Source: a virus. Taken from it: a stretch of 51,803 bases of DNA. The notes under the pieces were generated by a model. That model had not been told where the DNA came from. It saw only the letters and a program-made list of their open reading frames with translations, and searched no databases. Made by a program: the position numbers and the translations under genes. The DNA is taken from positions 1 through 51,803 of the IMG/VR virus record IMGVR_UViG_3300001567_000010; one strand, 5' to 3'. This document shows, piece after piece, positions 17,002 through 26,965 of this stretch. Position 1 is the first letter of the stretch. Every line of letters begins with the position of its first letter.

Positions 17002-18050
17002 CAATCGAAGATGTGCAGGTGGTAATCACCCGCGAAACGACCCCGGTCACGCAGGCCGGGTTCGGGCTCCCGCTCATCGTGGGAGCGAAAGGCACGACGA
17101 CCTACGACACCCTCGGGTACTGTATCTGCAACACCCTCGCCGATGTTGCGGCCCTGGTCCCGGCGGATGGGGAGGACCCGGGCACGGCAGGGACCGAAGT
17201 CTACAAGATCGCGCAGAAGATCTTCGCGCAGACCCCTGCCCCGGAGAAGATCGCGGTCGTCTGGCTCAACATGACCTCGCCGGAGACGCTCACAACGGCG
17301 CTGACGGCGCTCATGGCGGCCGGGCACAACGACTGGTACTTCCTCCTCTCGGAGAGCCAGACGGCAGCGAACGTAGACGCGCTTGCAGCCTATGCGGCAG
17401 CGAACGGCAAACTCTACTTCGGCAGTATGACGGACACGGCGTTCGCGACGCTCGACGACGCGACGCTCGCCCTCGATAGGGCGGTCATCCTCTGTCACAA
17501 GAGTGCAGCGACCCAGTACCCTGCAGAAGCCTGGGTCGGCCGGTGCGCTCCGGAGCTCCCCGGCTCGATCACCTGGAAGTTCAAGACGCTGTCCGGGATC
17601 TCGGTCTCCGGCTACACCCCGACGGAGATTGCTGCAATCAAGGAGCAGCACGGCAACGTGGTCATCTCCCAGGGCGGCATCCTCCACACGACCGAAGGAA
17701 CCGTTCTCTCGGGCGAGTACATCGACGTTATCCGGTCCCAGGACTGGGTCAAGGCCCGGATTGCCGAAGGCGTGTTCCGGCTGCTCGCGACGTCGCCGAA
17801 GGTCCCGTACGACGACCGGGGGATCGCGATGGTCCTCTCCGAGGTCCAGGGCGTCATGCAGCAGGCGACGGCGCAGGGCATCATTGCCCGCGACGCGGAC
17901 GGGAACGGCATGTGGTCCGTGACCGCCCCGAAGCGGAGCGAGATCGCCGCGAACACCATCGCCACCCGGGTCCTGCCGGACGTCGAGTTCGAGTTCACCC
18001 TCGCCGGCGCGATTCACAGCGTGACCGTGCGCGGCGTGATCAGTGTGTGA
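16998..18050 (+). CDS. Contractile tail sheath protein (DUF3383-like)
   Basis: TQAGFGLPLI, NDWYF, GSITWKFK, GEYIDVIRSQDW, KVPYDDRG, LAGAIHSVTVRG. Confidence 0.9.
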   Translation: MTIEDVQVVITRETTPVTQAGFGLPLIVGAKGTTTYDTLGYCICNTLADVAALVPADGEDPGTAGTEVYKIAQKIFAQTPAPEKIAVVWLNMTSPETLTTALTALMAAGHNDWYFLLSESQTAANVDALAAYAAANGKLYFGSMTDTAFATLDDATLALDRAVILCHKSAATQYPAEAWVGRCAPELPGSITWKFKTLSGISVSGYTPTEIAAIKEQHGNVVISQGGILHTTEGTVLSGEYIDVIRSQDWVKARIAEGVFRLLATSPKVPYDDRGIAMVLSEVQGVMQQATAQGIIARDADGNGMWSVTAPKRSEIAANTIATRVLPDVEFEFTLAGAIHSVTVRGVISV

Positions 18051-18061
18051 GGTGAGAAGAG

Positions 18062-18466
18062 ATGACTGTCAGAAACTACGACCCTGAAGACTATATGCTC
18101 GTATTCGCCGGCCGGACCATCACCGGTCTTGCCGACGGAACCCCGATCACTGCCGGGAAGGACGCGAACCGGTGGGAGACGCACGTCGGCGCACAGGGAG
18201 AGGTGTCGCGGTCCCGGAACCGGAACCCGCTCGGCCACATCACTGTGACCCTCAAGCGGACCAGCCCGGACTTTGCGTACCTGATCCAGAAGGCGAACAG
18301 CGACGACGTTGACCCGGTGCACCTCGTGGACCGAAACACCAGTGAGTTCACCGCCGGTGGGTCCGAAGCCTGGGTTGAGAAACTCCCGGACCTCTCCACC
18401 GCTGCGGGGGACAGCGTGCCGGACATTGAGATCACGTTCCGCATCGCGGACTACGAGGTGCGGTGA
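18062..18466 (+). CDS. Tail tube protein (DUF3277-like)
   Basis: NYDPEDY....GRTITG, VGAQGEV, GHITVTL; follows the sheath. Confidence 0.85.
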   Translation: MTVRNYDPEDYMLVFAGRTITGLADGTPITAGKDANRWETHVGAQGEVSRSRNRNPLGHITVTLKRTSPDFAYLIQKANSDDVDPVHLVDRNTSEFTAGGSEAWVEKLPDLSTAAGDSVPDIEITFRIADYEVR

Positions 18467-18723
18467 TGTCCGAGAAGAAGGTCGAGATCCGGGGTGTCGA
18501 GTACACCCTGAAGAAGATCCCGCCCCGGGAATGGGCGCGGCTCCGGGACCGGTGCAAGAACCGGTTTGGGAACATCATCGAGGAGAAATTCCTCGCGGAG
18601 ATCTTCGAGCACCTGGTCGTGAACCCTCGTGTTTCGCTTGACGATTTCGAGGACTGGGATGTTTGCCAGGAGGTCGCGAACGCTGCGATAGAGTTTCAAC
18701 TCGGCGCAGGTCTCGCAGAGTAG
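18466..18723 (+). CDS. Tail assembly chaperone (G-like)
   Basis: Between tube and tape measure; typical size. Confidence 0.8.
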   Translation: MSEKKVEIRGVEYTLKKIPPREWARLRDRCKNRFGNIIEEKFLAEIFEHLVVNPRVSLDDFEDWDVCQEVANAAIEFQLGAGLAE

Positions 18724-18904
18724 AAGCGAATACCGGCAGTTAGCGCGGAAGAATTGGTGGTTCTGGCGTCTGGTCCTCTCCGACACCGGGATCACCTACG
18801 CCGACGCATCCCGGATGAGCGACGAGGAGATCGAGGAGGCAAACGCCGCGCTTGACCTCTACCAGGAGCAGATGATGAAGAACATGCCACGGAGGCGACG
18901 ATAA
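18692..18904 (+). CDS. Tail chaperone frameshift extension (T-like, +1 frame)
   Basis: Open +1 frame encoding WWFWRLVL...ITYADASRMSDEEIEEANAALD, with no ATG before its conserved part; stop overlaps the TMP ATG. Confidence 0.7.
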   Translation, partial: SFNSAQVSQSRSEYRQLARKNWWFWRLVLSDTGITYADASRMSDEEIEEANAALDLYQEQMMKNMPRRRR

Positions 18905-21621
18905 TGGCACTACGGTCTTTGACGATTGAACTCGGGCTTGCGGACGACGTCAGCAACAAACTCCGGGCTATTGACAACCAGATCGATGGCATGGAATCCG
19001 GGCTCGTCGGTGTGCAGGACGAGTTCGACGCCCTCGAAACGTCCACGAAAGAGTATGCCCGCGTCGCCGGCAAGGAGATCGAGGGTATCGAGGACGACGT
19101 CGCCGGGCTCGAAGATCAGGTCGACGCCGCCGCCGACGCCACTAAGGACGCAGCCGACGTAACCGCCCGTTCCGCCAAAGACATGGCCGAGAGTTGGGGG
19201 AAGGTTGGTGCGGCCGTTGGTGCGGCTGGAATCGCAACAGAGGCGTATCTCCGCTCACAGCAGGACATGTACTTCGCCGCCGACAAGATCGCCTACATCA
19301 CGGGTATGGACCGGCGAGAGGTGATTGGCCTCGCGGCGGACCTGAACGACCTCTCTACGTCCCTCAAAGACGCATATGGCGTCATGGAGATCGGGGCGAA
19401 GCAGGGACTCATGACGAAGGACGAACTCACCGAATACGTCCAGTTCTGGAGTTCTATCGCGACGGTCTCGGGGGAGGACGCCACAAACCTTGCGCGTCTG
19501 GGTATGTCTCTCCGGTCGGTCGGCATCGAGGCATCGAACATCGGCGACGCGTCCGGTGTCCTTGGTTTCACCTTGCAGCGCGCGGACGAGGAGGGGGTCG
19601 CGCGATACCTCGATAAACTCGGGGATATCGCGAAGCGTTCTGAGAAGATCGGGTATAACTTTTCAGTCGAAGACACGGCCATCATGCTCGCGGCCGTTGG
19701 TGAGCGGGGCATCGAGACAACGAAGGCCGTCGAGCACCTCGAATCGGCGATGACTGACGCGAAGGGGGATACGACCTCCCTCTTCCACCTACTCGGGATC
19801 ACTGAGGATCAGGTGGGCCGGCTGAGTGCCGAAATCAACGAGGGCGCGGACTACATCGCCTCTATGAACGATAGCTTTGACAAGACGCGGACCCCGCTCC
19901 AGGGCGTGCAGACAGAGGTAGGAAAACTCGCGCACACCCTGGGGAACGACTTCAACCCGCTCATAGAGGCTGGAAGTCTCGCCATGACCGGGGCATCATC
20001 GGTCATGCTTACGGCGGCGAGCGCGGCCTACCTCTACAGCGTGGCGTCGACCACAACCCTGATCCCCTCCCTCGCGTCTGCGACTGCCTCGGCATGGGCG
20101 TTCACCACGGCTCTCCTGGCAAACCCGCTTACGTGGATCGTTGTCGGGATCGTCGCGCTCGGAGCGGCACTCTACCTCCTGGCATCGAATTGGGATGACA
20201 TCTCCGGCTGGTTCATGGGCCGATGGGAGCAGGTCGGCAGTGTGGCCACCGGGGCGATCTCCTGGATCGGCGGGGCCTGGGATAGTACGGTCGGGCGACT
20301 GGTTGCCGGCGCCGAATGGCTCATGGACCATATGGGCATTCTCGCGTTCCTCTTCCCGGTCACGGCCCCGATCGCCGGCATGAACCTGCTCCGGGACAAC
20401 TGGGATTCCGTGACCGGCGCGATCGCCGGGGGGTGGGACCTGCTTGTCGCCGCCGCACAGGACGGTGCCGCCTGGCTCGGGGAGACGATCGGCGCCGGGC
20501 TCTCCGGCATCATCGACCTGTTCTGGCAGTATCACCCGCTCGGCATCGTCATCCGGCAGTGGGACGAGATCACCGGCTATCTCGAGGGTATCGATCTGGT
20601 CGAGACCGGCCGGGATATCCTGCTTGGCCTAGTCTGGGGCATCCTCGATATCCGGCAGCAGGCGATCGACGCCGTCATGGGTATCGGGGAGGATATCCTC
20701 AACGCCGTTACCGCGTTCTTCGGGATCTCCAGCCCGTCGAAACTCATGCAGGAGATGGGCGGCCATGTCGGCGAAGGGTTCGCGCTCGGGGTTGCACAGA
20801 GCATGCCCGAGAGCATCCCTCTGCCCGAGATGCCGGCCGCCACCACTCTGAACGGTGAGTATGCGACGGCCTGTACTGAGCTGGCCATCAAGCCTCTGAC
20901 TGGGAGCGTGCAGTACTCGTCGGCCATCGCCGGACCGGACGTGCCGGCACTCACGGGGGAACTCACCTATGAGACCCGCGTCTCAGAGCCTACGATCGTT
21001 GACCGTGCCGGAACCGTCGTCTACGAAACCGAGATGTCAGAGCCGACGATCGCCGCCCTGACCGGGGCGATCACCTACGTAGCGACGGTGCTGGAACCGG
21101 CCATCCCCTTGCTGACCGGTGCAGTAACCTACCTGTCGGAGGTCCTCCGTCCTGAGGTGCCGGCACTTGCCGGGACTATAGAGTATGGGGCCACGCTCCC
21201 CGAACAGGGCAACCTCGATCGTGCGGGAGAGGTGCGCTACACCCCAACGATTGCCGAGCCGGCGATCGATACGCTTGCCGGGATGGTCGAGTACCGGGGG
21301 GTTTTAGTGGGGCTTCCTGACATCAACGACCTTACGGGCCGGGCTGAGTTCGGAGGCCGGGAGATCGACGATACAAGGGCCTCCACGGGGCCGGAGACTG
21401 ACAATCTCCCTGACCCCATCATCTACACCCCTGAGCGGGACGCCCCGTACATGGCAGGGGAGCGGTCCGGGGATCTGGTCTACTCCCCCACGATCCATGT
21501 CACCACCGGAACCAGCGACGCAAACGAGATCGCAACCACGGTCGACCGCCGCCTCCGGCAGACGTTCGATCGTCATGCAGAACTCTACTTCGCCCGGCAG
21601 CGACGGAGGGCCGCCCTATGA
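18904..21621 (+). CDS. Tape measure protein
   Basis: 905 aa, Ala/Gly-rich helical, ANPLTWIV, Trp repeats, GISSPSK motif. Confidence 0.92.
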   Translation: MALRSLTIELGLADDVSNKLRAIDNQIDGMESGLVGVQDEFDALETSTKEYARVAGKEIEGIEDDVAGLEDQVDAAADATKDAADVTARSAKDMAESWGKVGAAVGAAGIATEAYLRSQQDMYFAADKIAYITGMDRREVIGLAADLNDLSTSLKDAYGVMEIGAKQGLMTKDELTEYVQFWSSIATVSGEDATNLARLGMSLRSVGIEASNIGDASGVLGFTLQRADEEGVARYLDKLGDIAKRSEKIGYNFSVEDTAIMLAAVGERGIETTKAVEHLESAMTDAKGDTTSLFHLLGITEDQVGRLSAEINEGADYIASMNDSFDKTRTPLQGVQTEVGKLAHTLGNDFNPLIEAGSLAMTGASSVMLTAASAAYLYSVASTTTLIPSLASATASAWAFTTALLANPLTWIVVGIVALGAALYLLASNWDDISGWFMGRWEQVGSVATGAISWIGGAWDSTVGRLVAGAEWLMDHMGILAFLFPVTAPIAGMNLLRDNWDSVTGAIAGGWDLLVAAAQDGAAWLGETIGAGLSGIIDLFWQYHPLGIVIRQWDEITGYLEGIDLVETGRDILLGLVWGILDIRQQAIDAVMGIGEDILNAVTAFFGISSPSKLMQEMGGHVGEGFALGVAQSMPESIPLPEMPAATTLNGEYATACTELAIKPLTGSVQYSSAIAGPDVPALTGELTYETRVSEPTIVDRAGTVVYETEMSEPTIAALTGAITYVATVLEPAIPLLTGAVTYLSEVLRPEVPALAGTIEYGATLPEQGNLDRAGEVRYTPTIAEPAIDTLAGMVEYRGVLVGLPDINDLTGRAEFGGREIDDTRASTGPETDNLPDPIIYTPERDAPYMAGERSGDLVYSPTIHVTTGTSDANEIATTVDRRLRQTFDRHAELYFARQRRRAAL

Positions 21622-22196
21622 GCAGAGCGAAACTCACCTCGAGCCAGGGCACGGTGGAGTTCGGGGTCGTCTCTGAGGAGCGGCCGGACTACGTCGCCGA
21701 CATCACCGAGTACCCGATCGAGGGCGGCAACCAGATCTCAGACCATGCCGCCCTTCGCCCCGTGACGCTGGCGATCGACGGCGTTGTCGCGGGTCCGAGC
21801 GCTGCCGGGGTGCTCGCTACCGTTCGGTCCTGGCAGGAGAACCGGCTCCTCGTCACCTACTCCGGACGCGGAACCTACCGGGATTTTGTCATCAAGGAGT
21901 TCCGGCCGACGGAGGATGTCGAAGTCGGGGACGGGTTCCGCTTCTCGATGACGCTCCAGGAGGTGCGGATCGTCGCCCCGGCAACAATCCTCCGGGTGAA
22001 ACGTGACCCCGCTCTCCCGGAGATCGTCGCAGACCAGCAGACCGCAGCGCAGGTGCAGTCAGTCGCCGCGAAGGGGCGGGAGCAACCGCAGGACGCGCCG
22101 ATGGGGCTCCCGGCAGGGTTGATCGGGTCGGTTGATGCGCTCAAGAGCGTCTTCGGGCGCGGGCCGAAATGGTCTGATATCTGGGAGGGACTCTGA
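21618..22196 (+). CDS. Baseplate/tail tube initiator (Dit-like) protein
   Basis: ITEYPIEGG..ISDHA..RP, FSMTLQEVRIV. Confidence 0.8.
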   Translation: MSRAKLTSSQGTVEFGVVSEERPDYVADITEYPIEGGNQISDHAALRPVTLAIDGVVAGPSAAGVLATVRSWQENRLLVTYSGRGTYRDFVIKEFRPTEDVEVGDGFRFSMTLQEVRIVAPATILRVKRDPALPEIVADQQTAAQVQSVAAKGREQPQDAPMGLPAGLIGSVDALKSVFGRGPKWSDIWEGL

Positions 22197-22531
22197 TGCA
22201 GATTCTCCCGATCGACAAGCAGGCAATCCCCTACCAGACCACGATCCGGCTTGCAGGCGTCTCCTACGGCCTGACCTTCCACTACAACCTCCAGGCGGAC
22301 CGGTTCACGGTCGATCTCTCCCGGGAGGGCGAGGACCTCGTGGTCGGGGAGCCCCTGGTCTATGGCTCGCCGCTCTTCAGCGCCTTCTACGACGAGCGGT
22401 TCCCCGGGGTGGCCCTGGTCCCGCTCGATCCCTCCGGCCGCTCGCAGCGGGTCGGGTGGGCTGAACTCGGCGAGACCGTGTTCCTGTACGTGGTCGAGCC
22501 CGCGGACGCAGCGGCGGAGGGAGTCATATGA
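22196..22531 (+). CDS. Baseplate plug-like protein
   Basis: PIDKQAIPY, LTFHYN..ADRFTVDL, GEPLVYG. Confidence 0.7.
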   Translation: MQILPIDKQAIPYQTTIRLAGVSYGLTFHYNLQADRFTVDLSREGEDLVVGEPLVYGSPLFSAFYDERFPGVALVPLDPSGRSQRVGWAELGETVFLYVVEPADAAAEGVI

Positions 22532-23337
22532 GCGAGTTCTGGATCCGTGAGAGTGTGGTCTCCGGCTGCGGGCGAGAGTTCCGCTACCCGGATTATGAGA
22601 TTCAGTTCCGGGTAGACTTCGCAAAGGGGGGCGATCCGGACCTCGCGGTCATCGAACTCTACAACCTCGCACCGGAGACGGAGCAGGTCTTCAAGCACGG
22701 GGAGGAGATGGTCCTCCGGGCCGGGTACCAGGGCGATATCGGGATCGTCATGGCCGGCGAGATCCGGCATGTCCGGGTGTTCGATGAGGGCGCCGATCGC
22801 ATCTGCGAGGTCGAGGTCCACGACACGAGCGACGCCTACCAGGGGACGGAGATCAGCGAGTCCTACGTCCCCGGCACGGCTGCGTCAGGGATCCTGGAGC
22901 GGATCATCAGCATGAGCGGACTGGAGCGGGGGAAGATCCTGCTCGTCCAAGATGCGGTATACCCGGAAGGCCGGTCGGTCGACGGGAAGATCAAGAACGT
23001 CATCGGGGAGATTGCTGAGGATTGCGGCTCCGAGGTCCACGTCACGCACGGGACGATCCACATCCTCCCGCCGGGCGGCTGGCACGACGAGGCGATCCTC
23101 CTCTCTCCGAAGACCGGGCTGATCGGGTCGCCAAAGCGGATCGAGAGCGACGACGAGAACAGTGCCTTGCTCTGGGAAGCCGAGTCGCTCCTGAACTACC
23201 GTATCCGTGCCGGGACACTGGTGCAGGTCGAGTCGAAGCAGGTTAACGGGCTGTTCGCGGTCGAATCAGGTTCGCACGTCAGCGACGGGAACGAGTTCAA
23301 GACCGTCCTGCAGCTCGCAGAGCCGGAGGGCCTATGA
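22528..23337 (+). CDS. Baseplate hub protein
   Basis: IELYNL, LRAGYQG, LSPKTGLIGSP, LLNYRI motifs. Confidence 0.82.
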   Translation: MSEFWIRESVVSGCGREFRYPDYEIQFRVDFAKGGDPDLAVIELYNLAPETEQVFKHGEEMVLRAGYQGDIGIVMAGEIRHVRVFDEGADRICEVEVHDTSDAYQGTEISESYVPGTAASGILERIISMSGLERGKILLVQDAVYPEGRSVDGKIKNVIGEIAEDCGSEVHVTHGTIHILPPGGWHDEAILLSPKTGLIGSPKRIESDDENSALLWEAESLLNYRIRAGTLVQVESKQVNGLFAVESGSHVSDGNEFKTVLQLAEPEGL

Positions 23338-23873
23338 GCGAGTTTCAGAAGTTCATGGAGGAACGCGGGACCCGGGACCTCTCCCGACTCCACACGGCGA
23401 TCCTGGCGGAGGTTCTGACATACGACCCGGTGCTGATGCAGGCGGACCTGCAACCCCTGATCCGAGATCCGGAGTTCGAGTATGCCCCGATCGTCCACGC
23501 ATCCGTCTCCTGCCTCCGGGCAGGGGGATTTGTGGTCCGGCCACCGTATCAACCGGGGGACATTGTCGTCGCGGTCGTCATCGAGCGCGGGATCGACGCG
23601 GTCTTCGCGACCGGGGAGAAGGCGGACAGGGTCGGTGCCAGGACGCACAGCCTCACAGACGCAGTCGTGGTCGGCGGGTTCACACCCCGCCCCCGGCCGC
23701 TACCGGAGCAGCACGGCGCCGATCTCCTGATCAGCACGGAGAACGGTGTGAACAAGATCGTCATGGACCCGGAAGGGAACATCACCGTTTATTCGGAGGG
23801 TATCGTGAACATCGACGCACAGTCTATCAATCTGAACTCAGGTTCAGCAGAGGAAGAGCCGGAGGACCCGTAA
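23334..23873 (+). CDS. Baseplate central spike (gpV/gp138-like)
   Basis: OB-fold ADLQPL, PPYQPGD, RTHSLTDAVVVGG. Confidence 0.8.
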   Translation: MSEFQKFMEERGTRDLSRLHTAILAEVLTYDPVLMQADLQPLIRDPEFEYAPIVHASVSCLRAGGFVVRPPYQPGDIVVAVVIERGIDAVFATGEKADRVGARTHSLTDAVVVGGFTPRPRPLPEQHGADLLISTENGVNKIVMDPEGNITVYSEGIVNIDAQSINLNSGSAEEEPEDP

Positions 23874-24184
23874 TGCCAGGAGTAGTCAGGCTCGGCGACG
23901 CCCATGCCGGGGTCTGCAGTCACGGGCTGCCGTGCTGCCCGCACATCGTCGCCGGCGTCTACGTCAGCGCGTCAGGTGACGTCTCCGCTGACGGCCGCGG
24001 GGTGGTCCGGGTCGGGGATCTGGTGGTCCACTCCTGCCCGCACTGCGGGGTCGGGGCAGCGGTCGGCGGCAGCGGGACGGTCACGGCGAACGGTCGCGGG
24101 GTGCACCGGGTCGGGGACGCAGTGGTTTATCCTGGGGGCGCCGGGGTCGCGATCACCGGGAGCGAGGATGTGAACGCCGGATGA
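23873..24184 (+). CDS. PAAR-repeat spike tip protein
   Basis: VVRLGD, VVRVGD, VHRVGD repeats with Cys/His metal ligands. Confidence 0.85.
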   Translation: MPGVVRLGDAHAGVCSHGLPCCPHIVAGVYVSASGDVSADGRGVVRVGDLVVHSCPHCGVGAAVGGSGTVTANGRGVHRVGDAVVYPGGAGVAITGSEDVNAG

Positions 24185-24543
24185 AGTCGCTCTACCTTGA
24201 CCCGGAATCCCACGATCTCGTGTTCGATGACCGGATGGGCCTGCAGACGGTGTCCGGCACGGATGAGGCAGCACAGCACCTCCGGCTCCTGCTCGCGACG
24301 CGGATGGGGGAGTGGTTCCTGAACATCCGGCACGGGCTGGACCATGGGGAGATTCTCGGCCAGAAGATGCCGGCTGCAGAGAGCCGGATCCGGGCCGCGG
24401 TCTACGACGCAGTGAAGCAGGACTCGCGGGACATCCGCATCCAGTCGCTTGACCTGGAGCATGACGCTCACGCCCGGACCCTGACTATCCGGATCACGGC
24501 AACCGTGGACGAGACCTTTGCAGCCGTGGAGATGCAACTATGA
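24181..24543 (+). CDS. Baseplate wedge gp25/W-like protein
   Basis: LLATRMGEWFLNIRHGLD motif. Confidence 0.8.
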   Translation: MKSLYLDPESHDLVFDDRMGLQTVSGTDEAAQHLRLLLATRMGEWFLNIRHGLDHGEILGQKMPAAESRIRAAVYDAVKQDSRDIRIQSLDLEHDAHARTLTIRITATVDETFAAVEMQL

Positions 24544-25682
24544 CGTTTGGACTGACGAACACAGGATTCAGGGCGAAACGCTACGCGGACATCCTGCCGG
24601 AGAAGGAGCGCCGGGCACGGGAACTTTTCGGTAACGACGCGAACCTCTCGGACTCCTCGCCGCTAGGCATGCTGGTCCGGCTGAACGCCTGGGACGAGGC
24701 TGCCGTCTGGCAGCAGATGGAAGAGGTGTATCTGTCGGCATACGTCTCGTCGGCAGAAGGGGTCAGTCTTGACCGGAAGTGCCAGGATATCGGCATCATG
24801 CGTCAGCTGGCGACCCGGGCCACCGGGACGATCCAGTTCTCCGGGGCTGACGGGACGCAGATCTACCGGGGGTTCGAGGTGCAGACCCCGACGGGGATCG
24901 TGTACAGGACGACGACGGCCACCACGATCTCCGGGGCTCTTGCCCGGGCCGATATCGAGGCCGTCGACGCCGGGGCAGCCGGGAACGTCGGTGCGGGAGC
25001 GATCTCCCGTGTCGTCTCCCCGATCGCGGGCGTCATTGCCGTAACCAACCCTGACCCGACCTCAGGCGGCCGGGACGCCGAGACCGACGCGCAGCTCAGG
25101 GAGCGGTACGTCCGCAGCGTCTCGAAACCCGGCGGAGCATCCGCAGCGGCAATCGAGGCGGCGCTGCTCGACATCGAAGGGGTGCTCGATGCAGAGGTCC
25201 GGCAGAATGTCACCCTGGAGACGGACCCGGCAACCGGGATCCCGCCAAAGGCCATCGCGCCGATTGTGTGGGGTGGCGACGCCGACGAGATCGCTGATAC
25301 GCTGTACACGGTGAAGCCGGCGGGGATCCAGTGCTGGGGAGAGGACGAGGTGCACGAGATCACCGATAGCCGCGGAGTCACGCACACGATCAGGTTCAAC
25401 CGCCCGGACCTCGTGACGGTCAACGTCAGCGCCACGCTGACAGTGGATACAGCCATCTTCCCGCCGGACGGGGACGATCAGGTCGGTGCGGCGATCGAGG
25501 GGTACCTCTCCGGGCTCGCCCTCGGCGAGGACGTGATCTACACCCGGCTCATCTCCCGGATCCATAGCGTCCCCGGGATCATCGATATCCCGACGCTGAC
25601 GGTGAACGGGGGAACAGGGAACATCGCGATTGCCAAGACCGGGGTGGCCGTGCCCGGGACCATAACGGTGACGTCGCCATGA
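24540..25682 (+). CDS. Baseplate J-like protein
   Basis: AEGVSLD, ATRATG, GGRDAETDAQLRER, LGEDVIY. Confidence 0.92.
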   Translation: MTFGLTNTGFRAKRYADILPEKERRARELFGNDANLSDSSPLGMLVRLNAWDEAAVWQQMEEVYLSAYVSSAEGVSLDRKCQDIGIMRQLATRATGTIQFSGADGTQIYRGFEVQTPTGIVYRTTTATTISGALARADIEAVDAGAAGNVGAGAISRVVSPIAGVIAVTNPDPTSGGRDAETDAQLRERYVRSVSKPGGASAAAIEAALLDIEGVLDAEVRQNVTLETDPATGIPPKAIAPIVWGGDADEIADTLYTVKPAGIQCWGEDEVHEITDSRGVTHTIRFNRPDLVTVNVSATLTVDTAIFPPDGDDQVGAAIEGYLSGLALGEDVIYTRLISRIHSVPGIIDIPTLTVNGGTGNIAIAKTGVAVPGTITVTSP

Positions 25683-26887
25683 CCGTCGATGATCAGATCA
25701 TCCGGTTGCCTGACGCCTATGCCAAGGCCCCTGACAGCGTAATCTACCGGATCCTACAGCTCGACGCGGCGGACCGGGACGAGATGAGAGCGGCGCTCGA
25801 CCGGGTCCGTGCCTGGCGCTCACTCGACGATGCAGAAGGAGCGGCGCTCGATATGATCGGGCGCGACCTTGACCTGCCACGGGGCGGGATGAGCGATATC
25901 GAGTATCGCCGCCGGCTCAGGTTGAGGGTCGCGACCATCCTCTCCAGCGGAGAGATCGAGCGGTTCAACGAGATCCTGGATGCATTCATGGGCCGGGCGT
26001 TCATCGGTCTCCAGGAGGGGTGGACTGACGTCGCGGTGTGGGACTACCACTTCGACGGGAGCCTTCGCTTCGACGCAGAGGTTCAGGTCTTCGACGCCGG
26101 CGACCCCTGCCCCCTCGGACCTCCGGAACCGGCCGCGGTCATCGTTCGCTGCGATCTTGATGCCCTCTATGAGGATATCCAGGCGGCGTTCGACCGGGCC
26201 GGGACCTCGTATCGGGCTGAGGACATCCTCGCGTCGATAGCGGACCTGGTCGCGGTCGCGGCAGAGTCTGCTGCCGGGGGGGTGCGGGTGAAATGGTTCC
26301 CGGTACTCAAGGCCGCTCTGGACGCGATCTCTGTGGTGCAGATCGCCCATCCGCACCTGACGATCGGGACCGTGCGATCTCATCTGTATGATGGGTCGTA
26401 CGCCTTCGACGGCTCGACCTCTTTCGACGGGGGATACTCTGCGCTCCGGGTCGAGCACGAGGATTCCCTCGCTGCCGATCACCGGATCGTCACCGCCCCG
26501 GAACACCGGTTCGAGGGACTTGCCCGGTTCAACGGATGGGAGCAGTTCGACGCCTCGCGGGAGATCGCTGTGCAGGACCCGCGCCTGGTCATCCATGCGC
26601 CCGGCAGCACTACGATCGCTGCGGCACAGACTGCAGCGCAGACGATAGACCTCGGCCCCTCGATGGCCCGGTTCACCGGCGAACTCCTCTTCGATGGGGA
26701 CAGGCGGTATGATGGATACACGGCGCTGCGGGCAGAGCACGGCACCGTCGAGAGTGTCGAGCACCAGGCAGCCTGCGGACCAGTGAGCCGGTTCGATATG
26801 AGCCTCCCCTTCGCTGGAGGGCTCGGGTTCAACGGGCTTCGGGGGTTGGTGGTGCACGATGTGACAATTACTGAGGTGACAGCATGA
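25679..26887 (+). CDS. Baseplate wedge protein (P2 gpI/DUF2612-like) with FDG repeats
   Basis: AEGAALDMIGR, DIEYRRRL; repeated (F/Y)DGxxxF(D/N)G. Confidence 0.75.
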   Translation: MTVDDQIIRLPDAYAKAPDSVIYRILQLDAADRDEMRAALDRVRAWRSLDDAEGAALDMIGRDLDLPRGGMSDIEYRRRLRLRVATILSSGEIERFNEILDAFMGRAFIGLQEGWTDVAVWDYHFDGSLRFDAEVQVFDAGDPCPLGPPEPAAVIVRCDLDALYEDIQAAFDRAGTSYRAEDILASIADLVAVAAESAAGGVRVKWFPVLKAALDAISVVQIAHPHLTIGTVRSHLYDGSYAFDGSTSFDGGYSALRVEHEDSLAADHRIVTAPEHRFEGLARFNGWEQFDASREIAVQDPRLVIHAPGSTTIAAAQTAAQTIDLGPSMARFTGELLFDGDRRYDGYTALRAEHGTVESVEHQAACGPVSRFDMSLPFAGGLGFNGLRGLVVHDVTITEVTA

Positions 26888-26965
26888 GGACAGAGATTAA
26901 ACCGCGTTTCTCGATGGAATTGCGGGTTGTGAAGCGCAACGAACAGAATTCAGAGGAAGAGAACC

